Shown in pieces: positions 34,802 to 44,809 of a stretch of DNA of 48,711 bases. The notes beneath the pieces are model-generated. The model made no database searches, was not told where the DNA came from, and was given only the letters and a program-made list of their open reading frames with translations. Source of the DNA: a virus. Taxonomy: Duplodnaviria; Caudoviricetes. Location: the IMG/VR virus record IMGVR_UViG_3300047562_001063, positions 1 through 48,711 of that record, one strand, 5' to 3'. A program made the position numbers and the translations under genes. Every line of letters starts with the position of its first letter. Position 1 is the stretch's first letter.

Positions 34802-35656
34802 ATGGCTATTTTGATTGATCTAAATCAGGTGTTGATTTCAAATCTCATGCAACAAATCAACTCCAATCCAAAAATGAAGCTTGACGAAAATCTAATTCGT
34901 CATATGGTTCTCAACAGTCTAAGATCATATATCACTCAGTTTAAAGAGAAGTATGGTGAAGTCATTATTGCTTGTGACAATAAGCGATTCTGGCGCCGCG
35001 ATGTTTTTCCACTTTATAAAGCAAATCGAAAGAAAGCTCGTGAAGAATCTGGTTTCGATTGGACTTTGATCTTTGAAACACTCAACAAAATCCGTGAAGA
35101 ATTGAAACAGCATTTTCCTTATAAAGTGATTGATGTGGATGGTGCCGAAGCGGATGATGTGATTGGTGTACTTGCTGCAAGGATTGCACCTCACGAAGAA
35201 GTTCTCATTCTATCTTCCGACAAAGACTTTGTTCAGCTTCAGAAGTATTCCAATGTGAAGCAGTATAGTCCAATTCTTAAACGTTATGTTGAAACGGACG
35301 ATCCAAAGAAGTACATCAAGGAACACATTATTCGTGGTGATCGCGGTGATGGAATTCCAAACTTTTTATCTGCTGATAATGTCTTTGCTCTTGGTGAAAG
35401 ACAGAAAGTCATAAATACAAAGAAGCTTAATGAATGGCTTAACAAGTCTCCCGAAGAGTTTTGCACCACCGAAATCATGCTGCGAAACTACAAGAGAAAT
35501 CAGATGCTGGTTGATCTTGACTATATTCCTGAGACGATCAAAAGCCAGATTGTGGACTGTTATGATAACGTCAAAGTGGCAAGCAGGTCTAATCTGGTCA
35601 ACTATTTCGCAGAAAAAGGTCTGAAGAACCTATTTGATGTTATACAGGAGTTTTAA
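34802..35656 (+). CDS. rnh: T4-type RNase H (5'-3' exonuclease)
   Basis: ILID, WRR...P.YKANR, EADDVI, SSDKDF.QL, GD.GDGIPN. Confidence 0.93.
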   Translation: MAILIDLNQVLISNLMQQINSNPKMKLDENLIRHMVLNSLRSYITQFKEKYGEVIIACDNKRFWRRDVFPLYKANRKKAREESGFDWTLIFETLNKIREELKQHFPYKVIDVDGAEADDVIGVLAARIAPHEEVLILSSDKDFVQLQKYSNVKQYSPILKRYVETDDPKKYIKEHIIRGDRGDGIPNFLSADNVFALGERQKVINTKKLNEWLNKSPEEFCTTEIMLRNYKRNQMLVDLDYIPETIKSQIVDCYDNVKVASRSNLVNYFAEKGLKNLFDVIQEF

Positions 35657-36090
35657 TGAGCAAGAAAAATATTTATGAGGTGTTTGATGATTTCGTCAAT
35701 GCACCCAATCGTGAAGCCAAGATAGATATTCTACGAAAGAATAGCGGCTATGCACTAGATGCAGTTCTTCGAGGTGCATTTCATCCACATATCAAATATG
35801 TCTTTAACGATATCCCCGAATATAGAAAGTCGGATGCTCCACCAGGATTGAGCTATACATCAATTCATCAAGAGCTAAGTCGAGTGTATCTGTTTGAAGA
35901 GGACAATCCAAAAGTCGCAAGCAATTTGACGTTAGACAGAAAGAGATATTTATTGGTGCAGATGTTGGAAGCACTAGAAGCAAGAGAAGCTGAAATTCTC
36001 TCTGGTATGCTGATGAAGAAGTTGCCAGTCAAAGGACTAACATACAAGCTAGTACAAGAAGCTTTTCCTGGAATGTTACCTGATATTTGA
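35656..36090 (+). CDS. conserved T4-like hypothetical protein
   Basis: 144 aa following rnh; QMLE.L...EAEIL..M..K......LT..LV.EAFP. Confidence 0.8.
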   Translation: MSKKNIYEVFDDFVNAPNREAKIDILRKNSGYALDAVLRGAFHPHIKYVFNDIPEYRKSDAPPGLSYTSIHQELSRVYLFEEDNPKVASNLTLDRKRYLLVQMLEALEAREAEILSGMLMKKLPVKGLTYKLVQEAFPGMLPDI

Positions 36091-36118
36091 TTGATCTTTA
36101 TTATGCTGTTTCACAAGG

Positions 36119-36526
36119 ATGGAAATGGCAAAAAGAAAGCGCAGAACAAAGCTAGAAAAAGTTATGAGCGAAGACTGTGAATTAACATACGAAACAACGG
36201 TTGAGGACTGCCAAGAATGGTTCAAAGTCCTCAATCGTGAACTCTTTGAAAACTCTCTCCCAAAAATCAATGAAATCGACATTCGCTGGCGCCGCGGCGC
36301 ATATGCATGGTATGACTATGATGAGAATCTTCCCTCTAAAGGGATCACAAAGCTACTCATGAACAAACGATACAAATCCAAAAAGTTTTTTATTGAAGTG
36401 CTTGCACACGAAATGGTGCATCATTATCAATACATCAATAACGAAGAGATGGGTCACGGCTCTTCGTTTCTTAAATGGTGTGACAAGTTTAACAAGAAAG
36501 GTTTGAACCTAGTAAGGTCTTATTAG
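36119..36526 (+). CDS. SprT-like metalloprotease
   Basis: F..LN.ELF...L, LAHEMVH, HG..F. Confidence 0.85.
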   Translation: MEMAKRKRRTKLEKVMSEDCELTYETTVEDCQEWFKVLNRELFENSLPKINEIDIRWRRGAYAWYDYDENLPSKGITKLLMNKRYKSKKFFIEVLAHEMVHHYQYINNEEMGHGSSFLKWCDKFNKKGLNLVRSY

Positions 36527-36735
36527 CATGAAGTACAAAAAGAACCACTATGGAAATCATGAAGATTATGACGATGAAGAATATTCTGATCTTAGAAAGG
36601 GTCAGAAAAGACGCCCGATCCGCAACTGGAAAAAGGCGTGGGTTGAGCATGAAACTGAAGCTGATTCCGTAGACGATTTTTATACCAGACGCTAAGTCTT
36701 TGATTTAAATCGACCATCTTTTTTGAAGATTTCTC

Positions 36736-36764
36736 TTGCAAATGATTTCCGTTTGCAGTATATT
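36736..36764 (+). promoter_or_regulatory. sigma70-type early promoter
   Basis: TTGCAA-17nt-TATATT. Confidence 0.65.
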
Positions 36765-36796
36765 CTTCTCATCAACGACACAGAGGAGATTGACGA

Positions 36797-37456
36797 ATGG
36801 CTATCACTCACATGGTTTCTGAGAAGTACGAGATGGTTGACGGCAAGTACACCAAGGTTGCTGAAGCATACGCCGAGACGATTGCTCATGGTTGTGTTCT
36901 TGAGACTGGTACACGCTCTGTTCGTATCATGTCCGATGTCTGGGGTTCTGAGAAGTACGCCGTCTATTGGGATGCTGAACAGTCTAAGCCCGTAGACGTT
37001 TGGCTCGACACTTGCGACTACAACTGGATGTGGGGTGACAAGGTTTCCGCGACTGTGGACGCCACTCCTGAAGTCAAGGAAGCTTATCGTCACTATCGCG
37101 TGAGCAAGCAGTTTGATCGTATGCTTGGAGATGCGAAGCACAATGCAAAGCAGATTGAGAAGGGTTGCATTGCAAAGGTCACTCGCGGTAAGACTGCAAA
37201 GGGTACTCAGGGTAAGGTCATCGCAGTCATCAAGGCTAGCTACGGCATGGGCTATCGTGCTTCTGTTGAAAACAAGCTTGGTATTGCAACTTCTGATGTC
37301 ACGTACAAGAAGGCTCTTCCCAACGGTAAAGTGGTTGATGCTCATCGGGACGTTGTGTGGGTCTGGGCTCGCAACTGTGAGCGTGTAGACGTTGCTGATG
37401 TCAACGAACATATGATTTGGCTTGAAGCTGAAAAGTATTTTCCTCGGGCTGCTTGA
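36797..37456 (+). CDS. hypothetical early protein (KOW-like C-terminal region)
   Basis: GAGGAG RBS; VDATPEV...KG....V.RG....G..GKV. Confidence 0.8.
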   Translation: MAITHMVSEKYEMVDGKYTKVAEAYAETIAHGCVLETGTRSVRIMSDVWGSEKYAVYWDAEQSKPVDVWLDTCDYNWMWGDKVSATVDATPEVKEAYRHYRVSKQFDRMLGDAKHNAKQIEKGCIAKVTRGKTAKGTQGKVIAVIKASYGMGYRASVENKLGIATSDVTYKKALPNGKVVDAHRDVVWVWARNCERVDVADVNEHMIWLEAEKYFPRAA

Positions 37457-37481
37457 CAGCAGCCCTCTCTTCCTGTATAAC
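37453..37481 (+). promoter_or_regulatory. sigma70-type early promoter
   Basis: TTGACA-17nt-TATAAC. Confidence 0.7.
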
Positions 37482-37665
37482 ATTCTCATAGTCAACACGG
37501 AGACACATACATGAAGTATCCAGTTTTCTTTCTTACACATGAAGACTTGCTCATCGGATACTTTCCTTACATGAGCATATCTATTCGCTGGAAAGACGCC
37601 GAAGACGGCATCACTTGGATAAAGCCCACAATTTCTCTTATCCGTTACGCAAAGGGAGTTTGATC

Positions 37666-37902
37666 ATGATTACTCGTTCTTACAAGTCTAGCACTAGCTT
37701 CGACAAGTCTCTTGAACTTCTCATCACCGAAACTGATGATGGTCGCAAGACAGATTCCGTGTACAGCGGTTTCCGCTCTCTCAAAGAAGCAAAAGACTTC
37801 GTTGCATGGTGGGAAGGTGTTTGGGGCTGGGGCTACATGGGTTTTGCCAGTGTCTCTTCCGATTTGACCGTTCACACTTCTCGTTATAACTCTTGTGACT
37901 AA
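37666..37902 (+). CDS. hypothetical protein
   Basis: GGGAG RBS before ATG 37666. Confidence 0.65.
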   Translation: MITRSYKSSTSFDKSLELLITETDDGRKTDSVYSGFRSLKEAKDFVAWWEGVWGWGYMGFASVSSDLTVHTSRYNSCD

Positions 37903-37912
37903 GGAGATATAT

Positions 37913-38071
37913 ATGACTGTTGACAAGATCAGGGTTTTTGATTATCTTGATGCTCTGCGCGAATCTGGTATCACCAACATGTTTGGTGCTGCACCGTATA
38001 TTCAACGTGTGTTTTGTGTTCCGCGCAAGAAAGCCGTATCTCTTTTGGTCGAATGGATGGAGAGCAAGTAA
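37913..38071 (+). CDS. conserved small phage protein (52 aa)
   Basis: YLD.LRESG.TNMFGA.PYI; TAAGGAG RBS; not in ORF track. Confidence 0.75.
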   Translation: MTVDKIRVFDYLDALRESGITNMFGAAPYIQRVFCVPRKKAVSLLVEWMESK

Positions 38072-38072
38072 A

Positions 38073-38291
38073 ATGTCTCGTGTTAAAGACTGGATTATGG
38101 AAATGGAGTCGCATGTCTGGGATGCTATGGAACTTGGTATGCCTCGTGCAAATGTATATCCTTATGTCTGCACCCAGATGCATGGTGCTTCTGAACGTGA
38201 AGTAGATCATATCATTGATCAGATACAGAACCACTATTACGGCTACACTTTTAACGAGAATGGAGAGATGAAATATGTCACGAACGAGTAA
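38073..38291 (+). CDS. hypothetical protein
   Basis: MSRVKDW...; GGAG RBS. Confidence 0.65.
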   Translation: MSRVKDWIMEMESHVWDAMELGMPRANVYPYVCTQMHGASEREVDHIIDQIQNHYYGYTFNENGEMKYVTNE

Positions 38292-38724
38292 GCACGGTAA
38301 GCGTCCAGAATACGTAGCACTTGAACTCTTTGAGCGTCAGGGTACTGTTACATCCGCTGAGGTGGATCAGCATGTTGGTACAACTGGATATATTTCAAAG
38401 TATGTGTGCTTTTTGAAGCGTGACGGACACCAGTTTGAAGCTAATAAGGATGGTCGGAGGATCGTGTCCTATGTTTACAAGGGAATGACTAAGACTGGTA
38501 GCAAGAAAGCTGCCACCGCTGCTCCTAAAGCGTCCAAGCCTAAGCCTGAGAAGAAGCCAAAAGCTGAAAGTGTAGTTGCTAAGAAGTCTAAGGTATCTGT
38601 CGAAGAGAAGCTTCTACAGGAATTGGACATGATGCCTCTTCAGAAAGATTTTAGTTCCAGTTCTTTTTCTATTGACTCCGAGTGGGATTCGGTAGATAAT
38701 ATTGACGTTAAAGCTCTACTCTAA
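38275..38724 (+). CDS. hypothetical protein, possible winged-HTH plus Lys-rich linker
   Basis: GGAG RBS; VT..EV...Y...LKR.G pattern. Confidence 0.65.
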   Translation: MSRTSKHGKRPEYVALELFERQGTVTSAEVDQHVGTTGYISKYVCFLKRDGHQFEANKDGRRIVSYVYKGMTKTGSKKAATAAPKASKPKPEKKPKAESVVAKKSKVSVEEKLLQELDMMPLQKDFSSSSFSIDSEWDSVDNIDVKALL

Positions 38725-38737
38725 GAGGAAAATATAA

Positions 38738-38953
38738 ATGAACAAGCGATGGTTATTTGCAGGGCTTGCGGCCCTGCCTTTTATCGGTGCTGCTCAAGCA
38801 GCACCCAACCGCAACTCTGCTACTTGGCGAGTGCCGCCTGGTATCAACAAGATCCGTGTTCGCTCATGGAATCCAAACGGTAAGGCCAATCTTGATCGTA
38901 CACTGAACGTCAAGCCTGGTGAGTTTTTCCGTATTGATGCAATCGAGGACTAA
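38738..38953 (+). CDS. small exported protein
   Basis: Signal peptide ending AAQA; GAGG RBS. Confidence 0.65.
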   Translation: MNKRWLFAGLAALPFIGAAQAAPNRNSATWRVPPGINKIRVRSWNPNGKANLDRTLNVKPGEFFRIDAIED

Positions 38954-39128
38954 TCATGAATGCATTTCCTTGGGCATTAGGAACATTTGCTATTATCGGT
39001 CTTGTGGTGGCAATGATTATCACTGGGTTCGGTTGGGGCAAAGAAAGCTTGCGTGGACAATACCATCAGTGTATAATGTTAGAAGCGCCACAGCAAAACT
39101 GCATTGACAAGTTTTTAGGAAAACGCAA

Positions 39129-39665
39129 GTGAACATCTTCGCAATCGACTCTGATCCGTATCAAGCAGCCGAATGGATGGTAGACAAGCATGTGGTCAAG
39201 ATGATCCTTGAGTCCGCACAGCTTTTGTGTACCGCCCATCGGCTGCTTGATGGCGTTCAGTATGTTGACAAGACTAAGACAGGCCGTAATGTCAAGCGGT
39301 GGCGTCTTGCCGATCCGCAAGATGACATGATATTATATTCTGCAACACATATCAATCATCCGTCAGCCGTGTGGTGCCGTGAGACAAGCGGTAACTACGA
39401 ATGGCTGTATCGGCATTTCCAAGCCTTGTGCTTAGAATACACCCATCGGTATGGCAAGTACCACAAGTGTCAAGGCATGTTGTGGGATCATCTTAGCATG
39501 ACGCCGCGCAACATCAAGCAAGCTCCGTTGCAGCCATTTGCTGTTGCGATGGACAAGCAATATATAGTATCAACAGATCCGATTGTGAACTATCGGAACT
39601 ACTACAAGATTGGCAAAGCGAGGATGCACAAATGGACGAAACGCGAAGCACCGGAGTGGATATAA
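39129..39665 (+). CDS. pyrimidine-dimer DNA glycosylase/EndoV-like family protein
   Basis: MNIF....P..AA....DKHVVKM.LE.AQLL.TAH, H.NHP..VW, EY..RYGK.H, YR.YY. Confidence 0.8.
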   Translation: MNIFAIDSDPYQAAEWMVDKHVVKMILESAQLLCTAHRLLDGVQYVDKTKTGRNVKRWRLADPQDDMILYSATHINHPSAVWCRETSGNYEWLYRHFQALCLEYTHRYGKYHKCQGMLWDHLSMTPRNIKQAPLQPFAVAMDKQYIVSTDPIVNYRNYYKIGKARMHKWTKREAPEWI

Positions 39666-39997
39666 TGAACCACGATGAACTGCAAGAACTGATCAGACGC
39701 CTGAAAGAGGGACCATTCGGTACCGATATCAGCAAGACAGATACATATCTGAATACTCTTATGAACAATGCAGCTAAGGAACTGGAAGATCAACTGGATC
39801 TGATAGCAAAGCAACAGAAGATCATTCGGCGCATCTATGTTGAACACTTCCCTGATACATACTTTGTGTGTGGCGAAAGTGGCAACAAGGATCAGAACGG
39901 ACTGCCTGATCGCATTGAAGTCTGCCCTGCATACGGTGTAGACTGGTCGCAGATTTATGAGCGAACTGATCGGACTATTGGTGGCATGGGTTCGTGA
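39665..39997 (+). CDS. hypothetical protein
   Basis: YF.CG..G..D.NGLP..I.VCPAYG.DW. Confidence 0.7.
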   Translation: MNHDELQELIRRLKEGPFGTDISKTDTYLNTLMNNAAKELEDQLDLIAKQQKIIRRIYVEHFPDTYFVCGESGNKDQNGLPDRIEVCPAYGVDWSQIYERTDRTIGGMGS

Positions 39998-40335
39998 GTG
40001 AGTTAGATCGCGCGGCCGAAGCAGCAATAGATAAGCATGAGAGGCTTCTTCATCTGAAAACGATGGAGTTGCTTCTCGGTTCTATGATCGCGCGACAAGG
40101 CGTAAAAGAAACACGCAAGCTTTTGTTACAATATACGAGGCATTTGAGGGAGTTTCATACATGAAGTTTGAGATTGTCGAAATAGATCGTGACTACAACT
40201 CCGTGTCTGATGTGAAGTGGATGGAGTTTGACAGTCGTGAAGAAGCTGAGAAGTGGTGCAAAAATGAGACATGGACGGGGCATTACTATTTCGTATCCAG
40301 TCTCGACCTAAACAAGAAGAATACTAAATACTAAC

Positions 40336-40593
40336 ATGATTTATTCATTTATAGATACCGAAACCGAAGAAGAGTTCGAACTAGAAATGACCTATGATCA
40401 ACTCAAGGCATTTCTAGAATCCAATCCAAGATTTAATCAGACATTTCGCATGAACATTGTCGATCCAGTAGGAATCGGTGTTACAAAACCACCTTCGGAT
40501 TTCCAAAAATACGTTTTGGGTAAAGTTGCAGCGGCACCAGGCGCTCAAACATCTGCTATTGATCGTAGATGGAGTCGCAAGAGAGAGTGGTAA
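40336..40593 (+). CDS. hypothetical protein (FmdB-like, Cys-less)
   Basis: Y.F....T.EEFE..M......FL..NP; upstream of phoH. Confidence 0.7.
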   Translation: MIYSFIDTETEEEFELEMTYDQLKAFLESNPRFNQTFRMNIVDPVGIGVTKPPSDFQKYVLGKVAAAPGAQTSAIDRRWSRKREW

Positions 40594-40670
40594 AATATAA
40601 GAATACACGAGTTTCAAAAGAGGGTGGTCACGTAGGTGATGCGCCCTCTTTTGCTTTTAAAGGAGTAAAC

Positions 40671-41387
40671 ATGTCCAAGAAGCCTAAGAATAGAAATGCA
40701 AACAAAGAACAAGAAGCACAAAAGAAGGCAGCACATTTTGAACTTAGACACATAAAACCGCTAACACCAAATCAGGAGAAAGTCTTTACATCGTATCAAC
40801 AAGGTTATCATCTGATGCTTCATGGTTTTGCTGGAACAGGCAAAACATTCTGCGCTCTATACTTGGCATTAAATCAAATATTGAATACTCAATCGATCTA
40901 CAATAAAATAGTTGTAATACGATCTGTAGTTCCTTCAAGAGATATGGGATTTTTACCAGGTTCCATGAAGGAAAAGATTCAAGTTTACGAAGAACCATAC
41001 CGTGAAATTTGTGATAGTCTATTTGGTCGTGGTGATGGTTATGACATACTCAAGATGAAAGGTATTGTACAATTTACCACCACTTCTTATCTACGTGGTC
41101 TGACCTTCAACAATGCAATTGTTATACTGGATGAAAGTCAGAACTTGTCATTCCAAGAATGTGACACAGTTCTGACAAGAATGGGTGATGAGTCCAGATT
41201 GATTGTGTGTGGTGATTTTAGACAGACAGACTTGAACAAGCCGCATGAAAAAGAGGGTATCACTCAATTAATGAGGATTACCAATCGCATAAATACTTTT
41301 CAGCATATTGAGTTTGAGAAAGAGGATATCGTCCGCTCAGGCTTGGTCAGATCATATATCATCCAGAAACACGAACTAGGACTATAA
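40671..41387 (+). CDS. phoH: PhoH-like ATPase
   Basis: G.AGTGKT, GFLPG, LRGLTF, ILDESQN, TRMG, GD..Q.D, DIVRS; AAGGAG RBS before ATG 40671. Confidence 0.95.
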   Translation: MSKKPKNRNANKEQEAQKKAAHFELRHIKPLTPNQEKVFTSYQQGYHLMLHGFAGTGKTFCALYLALNQILNTQSIYNKIVVIRSVVPSRDMGFLPGSMKEKIQVYEEPYREICDSLFGRGDGYDILKMKGIVQFTTTSYLRGLTFNNAIVILDESQNLSFQECDTVLTRMGDESRLIVCGDFRQTDLNKPHEKEGITQLMRITNRINTFQHIEFEKEDIVRSGLVRSYIIQKHELGL

Positions 41388-41389
41388 CA

Positions 41390-42724
41390 ATGACAAACAA
41401 AGTTCTCATAGAGAGAGTATCGCAATATCTAGACAAAATGGGCAAGTATTATCTCAATGAGGACTTGCTAATGGAAGAAGACATGCCAGATCAGAGTGAA
41501 GAACAGAGAGCAGAATGGATGCCTCCTGTTCTTCATGATTTCATGTTTCATCTAAGTGGACCAAGTGATCCACATGGTAATAAAAAGAAAATCTTAATGG
41601 AAGAAGTTCTTGATGAAGCAACGTTGATTGATATGTCGAAGGGCATTCGTCCAATGGCGCATAAGAACATGAACTTACCAAAGACAAGTGCTATCATCAA
41701 TAAGACTGAAGAAGAACGTGGTGGTAGAGAAGAAAATCTGCACAAGAAACTTGCCGCAGGATTCAAGAAAGCCAATTCTGAGATGGGCACAGAAGACAGG
41801 AAGACAAGAAGAGCAAAGCTATCTGAAGCTAAAAAAGTTTTTCAACAGTTCGCTCAGGCCCGTGGATTTAAAAGCAAGACAGCACCAAAACTTCTAGGTG
41901 GAAACATGAAGACAGAAAAGTCTTCTGGTGAAGGTGTTCTTACAACAGGACTTAATCTTGCACCACACGCTACAGCAGGTCTTCATGGCTTTGATACATG
42001 TCCTAAGTCTTCAAAAGATTGTAGAACAAATTGCTTGGGAACTGAAGCTGGCGGTAATCGTCAATATCCTGATGCAGCTTTGGCAGCCAAGACTTTGAGA
42101 ACACACTTTGTAGCGCATCATCCAGAACATGCTGCAAGAATTATGGATGCTGAAATCGAAGCACATAAGAAATCTGCAAAAAAGAAGGGTATGATTCCTG
42201 GTGTTCGTCTTAATGTTACATCAGATATTTCCTGGGAACATCATGCACCACAAATGTTTGAGCGTCACAAGGATGTCCAGTTTTATGACTATACCAAGAT
42301 GCCAAACAGAGTTATGAGACAGTATGAGCCAAAAGTAGAAGGTAGTCACTTCAACAAGGCAGGACATCCTGCCAACTATCATCTGACACTTTCGCACACA
42401 GGAACAGGTCATGCTGAGTCAAATGACGCTGATGTTATAAAAGTGCTTGAAAAGGGCGGTGTTGTAGCTTCTGTTTTCCAGCGCGGCAAGAAGAACAAGA
42501 AGCCAACTGCATATGAAGATGTAAAGACTGGTAAGAGATATCCAGTTGCCAACGGTGATGACGATGACAATACATTTGACCGTCATACTACACTTGGTAG
42601 AACAGAAGGATCATCTGGTCACGGTGTAGTTTCTGGTCTTCAGCTAAAAGGCGTCAAGAACGAAGATGCTGGCGTGTTTGCTAACAAAGTGGATGATGAT
42701 GGTATCGTCCGCATAAACAAGTAA
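41390..42724 (+). CDS. gp88-like (radical-SAM-related) protein with acidic N-terminal extension
   Basis: TCP..S..C...CL, VRLNVTSDI.WE, QFYDYTK, NYHLTLS, NGD..D, GL..KG. Confidence 0.7.
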   Translation: MTNKVLIERVSQYLDKMGKYYLNEDLLMEEDMPDQSEEQRAEWMPPVLHDFMFHLSGPSDPHGNKKKILMEEVLDEATLIDMSKGIRPMAHKNMNLPKTSAIINKTEEERGGREENLHKKLAAGFKKANSEMGTEDRKTRRAKLSEAKKVFQQFAQARGFKSKTAPKLLGGNMKTEKSSGEGVLTTGLNLAPHATAGLHGFDTCPKSSKDCRTNCLGTEAGGNRQYPDAALAAKTLRTHFVAHHPEHAARIMDAEIEAHKKSAKKKGMIPGVRLNVTSDISWEHHAPQMFERHKDVQFYDYTKMPNRVMRQYEPKVEGSHFNKAGHPANYHLTLSHTGTGHAESNDADVIKVLEKGGVVASVFQRGKKNKKPTAYEDVKTGKRYPVANGDDDDNTFDRHTTLGRTEGSSGHGVVSGLQLKGVKNEDAGVFANKVDDDGIVRINK

Positions 42725-42728
42725 TATT

Positions 42729-43160
42729 ATGCCAAGATTAGTTGTCATTACGGGCGGATTTGATCCTGTCCACTCAGGACACATTGAATATATCAATGAA
42801 GCAAAAAAGCTTGGCGACTATCTGTTTGTTGGTCTAAACTCAGATGAATGGCTTACTCGCAAAAAGGGTAAGTCATTCTTGCCTTGGACTGAAAGATATG
42901 TTATACTGTCAAACTTAAGGAGTGTAGATGATGTATTTGCTTTCGATGATTCTGATAACACTGCTATTGACGCTATCCGCCGTATTCGTGAAGAGAATCC
43001 AGACCAGACAATCATCTTTGCAAACGGCGGCGATAGAACGAAAGAGAACATACCAGAGATGGAATGTGGAATAGATGATGTTGAGTTTGTCTTTGGTGTT
43101 GGTGGTCAAGACAAGAAGAATAGTTCTAGCTGGATACTGAATAACTGGAGAAGCAAATGA
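42729..43160 (+). CDS. cytidylyltransferase-like (HXGH) protein
   Basis: GGFDP.HSGH, GLNSD.WL.RKKG, FANGGDR, K.NSSS. Confidence 0.9.
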   Translation: MPRLVVITGGFDPVHSGHIEYINEAKKLGDYLFVGLNSDEWLTRKKGKSFLPWTERYVILSNLRSVDDVFAFDDSDNTAIDAIRRIREENPDQTIIFANGGDRTKENIPEMECGIDDVEFVFGVGGQDKKNSSSWILNNWRSK

Positions 43161-43588
43161 AAACGTTTAAGCAACATCTCAACGAAGCGAAGATCAAGAT
43201 TGAAGCAAAGAAGTCGGGCAATGTAGATGACTTCTTCAAGGATTTAGATGCTTCAACACAATCCCATCCCTTTGATGATCGTCAACGATTACATGGTATG
43301 GTAGGTATTCATGCATCACCATTTGAAGGTGGCGTTCACTTGCATGATATCGTAAATTATGGTGAAGCGAAGCAAGGTAATGGCACTAGCGCACTTGAAC
43401 ATCTAAAGTCTCTTGCAGACACTCACGGTGTTGAGATTAGTGGCACAGCAAAGGCGTACTCAAATCATCCAAAGCACATCACAAAGACAAAACAATTGGT
43501 TGGTTGGTACAAGAAGCACGGCTTCAAAATTGGTCATGGAAGTGCTGAAGACGGATATGAAGTTTCATACAAAGGCACAAAGAAATGA
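43157..43588 (+). CDS. GNAT-like protein with MKTFKQHLNE leader
   Basis: KQGNGT.AL..L...AD..G..I...A, L..WY..HGF. Confidence 0.7.
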   Translation: MKTFKQHLNEAKIKIEAKKSGNVDDFFKDLDASTQSHPFDDRQRLHGMVGIHASPFEGGVHLHDIVNYGEAKQGNGTSALEHLKSLADTHGVEISGTAKAYSNHPKHITKTKQLVGWYKKHGFKIGHGSAEDGYEVSYKGTKK

Positions 43589-44394
43589 AGACGTTTAAGA
43601 AATTTGTCATCGATAAGACAGAAAAAGAACCTGTGTATCACAAGGTTTACATCGGTAAAGATTTTGATGTAAATACTGACAAGAAGCCAACTTATCACAA
43701 GGTCTTTATTGGTAAAATCGATAAAGCTGGTAAGCTTGATGAAGCATATGATTTCAGTAAAGTCTCAACAAAGTCTGATCTTCTTTCATCAGAAGGCAGA
43801 CTTGAAAGTTCACAGAGAAACACCGCACTAAGACAACACTATGATTTTAGCGGTGACTACAATCATAGAAGAGCAATACGATATTATACGACAAGTGCAT
43901 ATCGTAGAATAAACGGTCCAATGTATAAGGGTGAAGAGATTACTGATCCTGATGCGGCAGATGCGGTACCACATTTGAAGGCAGCTTTAACAAAACATAA
44001 AGCACCAGAAGATATTCCTGTACATTCAGGTATCAAGTATGATCCTAGAAAGCTACCTGTTGATGATGATAATGTCATGCGCGTAACGAACCCTGCATTC
44101 ACAAGCGCATCTTTGCATTCACAAATTGCAAAGGGATTTGTAAGCACAGACATTGATGAAAAAGAAAAACATGTGATACACTTCACTGTACCTAAAGGTT
44201 CTCATGGTGCATATGTAGATCATCATTCAGACAATGAAGGTGAAAGAGAGTTTGTACTGCATCCAAATGCGAAGCTTGAGATTCATCCAACTCCTGAAGT
44301 TGAAGATTTTGATACATGGAACGGAATGGGAAAACTGTATCACTGGAGAGCAAGACTTGTGCATGACGGTGTTCAAGAGGTCGGAGAAAAATGA
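43585..44394 (+). CDS. VIP2/Alt-like ADP-ribosyltransferase with leader
   Basis: AI.YYT...Y..IN, PVHSGI, FTSASL, HVI.F.VPKG, EGEREFVL. Confidence 0.75.
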   Translation: MKTFKKFVIDKTEKEPVYHKVYIGKDFDVNTDKKPTYHKVFIGKIDKAGKLDEAYDFSKVSTKSDLLSSEGRLESSQRNTALRQHYDFSGDYNHRRAIRYYTTSAYRRINGPMYKGEEITDPDAADAVPHLKAALTKHKAPEDIPVHSGIKYDPRKLPVDDDNVMRVTNPAFTSASLHSQIAKGFVSTDIDEKEKHVIHFTVPKGSHGAYVDHHSDNEGEREFVLHPNAKLEIHPTPEVEDFDTWNGMGKLYHWRARLVHDGVQEVGEK

Positions 44395-44588
44395 AACATT
44401 TCATTAAATATCTTGATGATAAAAATGCTGAGAAAGAAAAAGACATAGAGATGAAGATGAATGCTGCTATCACAGAAAACGATAAGACTGTGTATGCAGC
44501 ACATGATTATTATGGTAGCCCAAAGAAGATGGTATTCAAAAGAAAATCTCCCAGTTCTTCAGGTGGTAATGGAAATGGTGGTGAATAA
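44391..44588 (+). CDS. small hypothetical protein
   Basis: MKHFIKYLDD leader-like start; coupled. Confidence 0.6.
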   Translation: MKHFIKYLDDKNAEKEKDIEMKMNAAITENDKTVYAAHDYYGSPKKMVFKRKSPSSSGGNGNGGE

Positions 44589-44809
44589 TGTATCTTGATT
44601 ATTGGATGATCGCGGCAGTCATATTGTCATTTGGTGCATGTCACTGGATCAGTAGAGTACAAGGCATTCAAGAGGGTGCAGTGACTACTCTTCGTATGTT
44701 ACATGAAGAAAAGATCATCAACGTATCTGATGAAGGTAAAGTCAGTCGCTACTCCACATGGAATCAAAAACCAAAAAGAAAAAGAAGAAACAAAAATGTT
44801 GACCTTTAA
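44588..44809 (+). CDS. small membrane protein
   Basis: N-terminal TM helix. Confidence 0.6.
   Translation: MYLDYWMIAAVILSFGACHWISRVQGIQEGAVTTLRMLHEEKIINVSDEGKVSRYSTWNQKPKRKRRNKNVDL

Noticed and set aside
36692-37540. 282-aa minus-strand ORF
   Set aside because: It is the antisense shadow of ORF 36797, which has a promoter and RBS.
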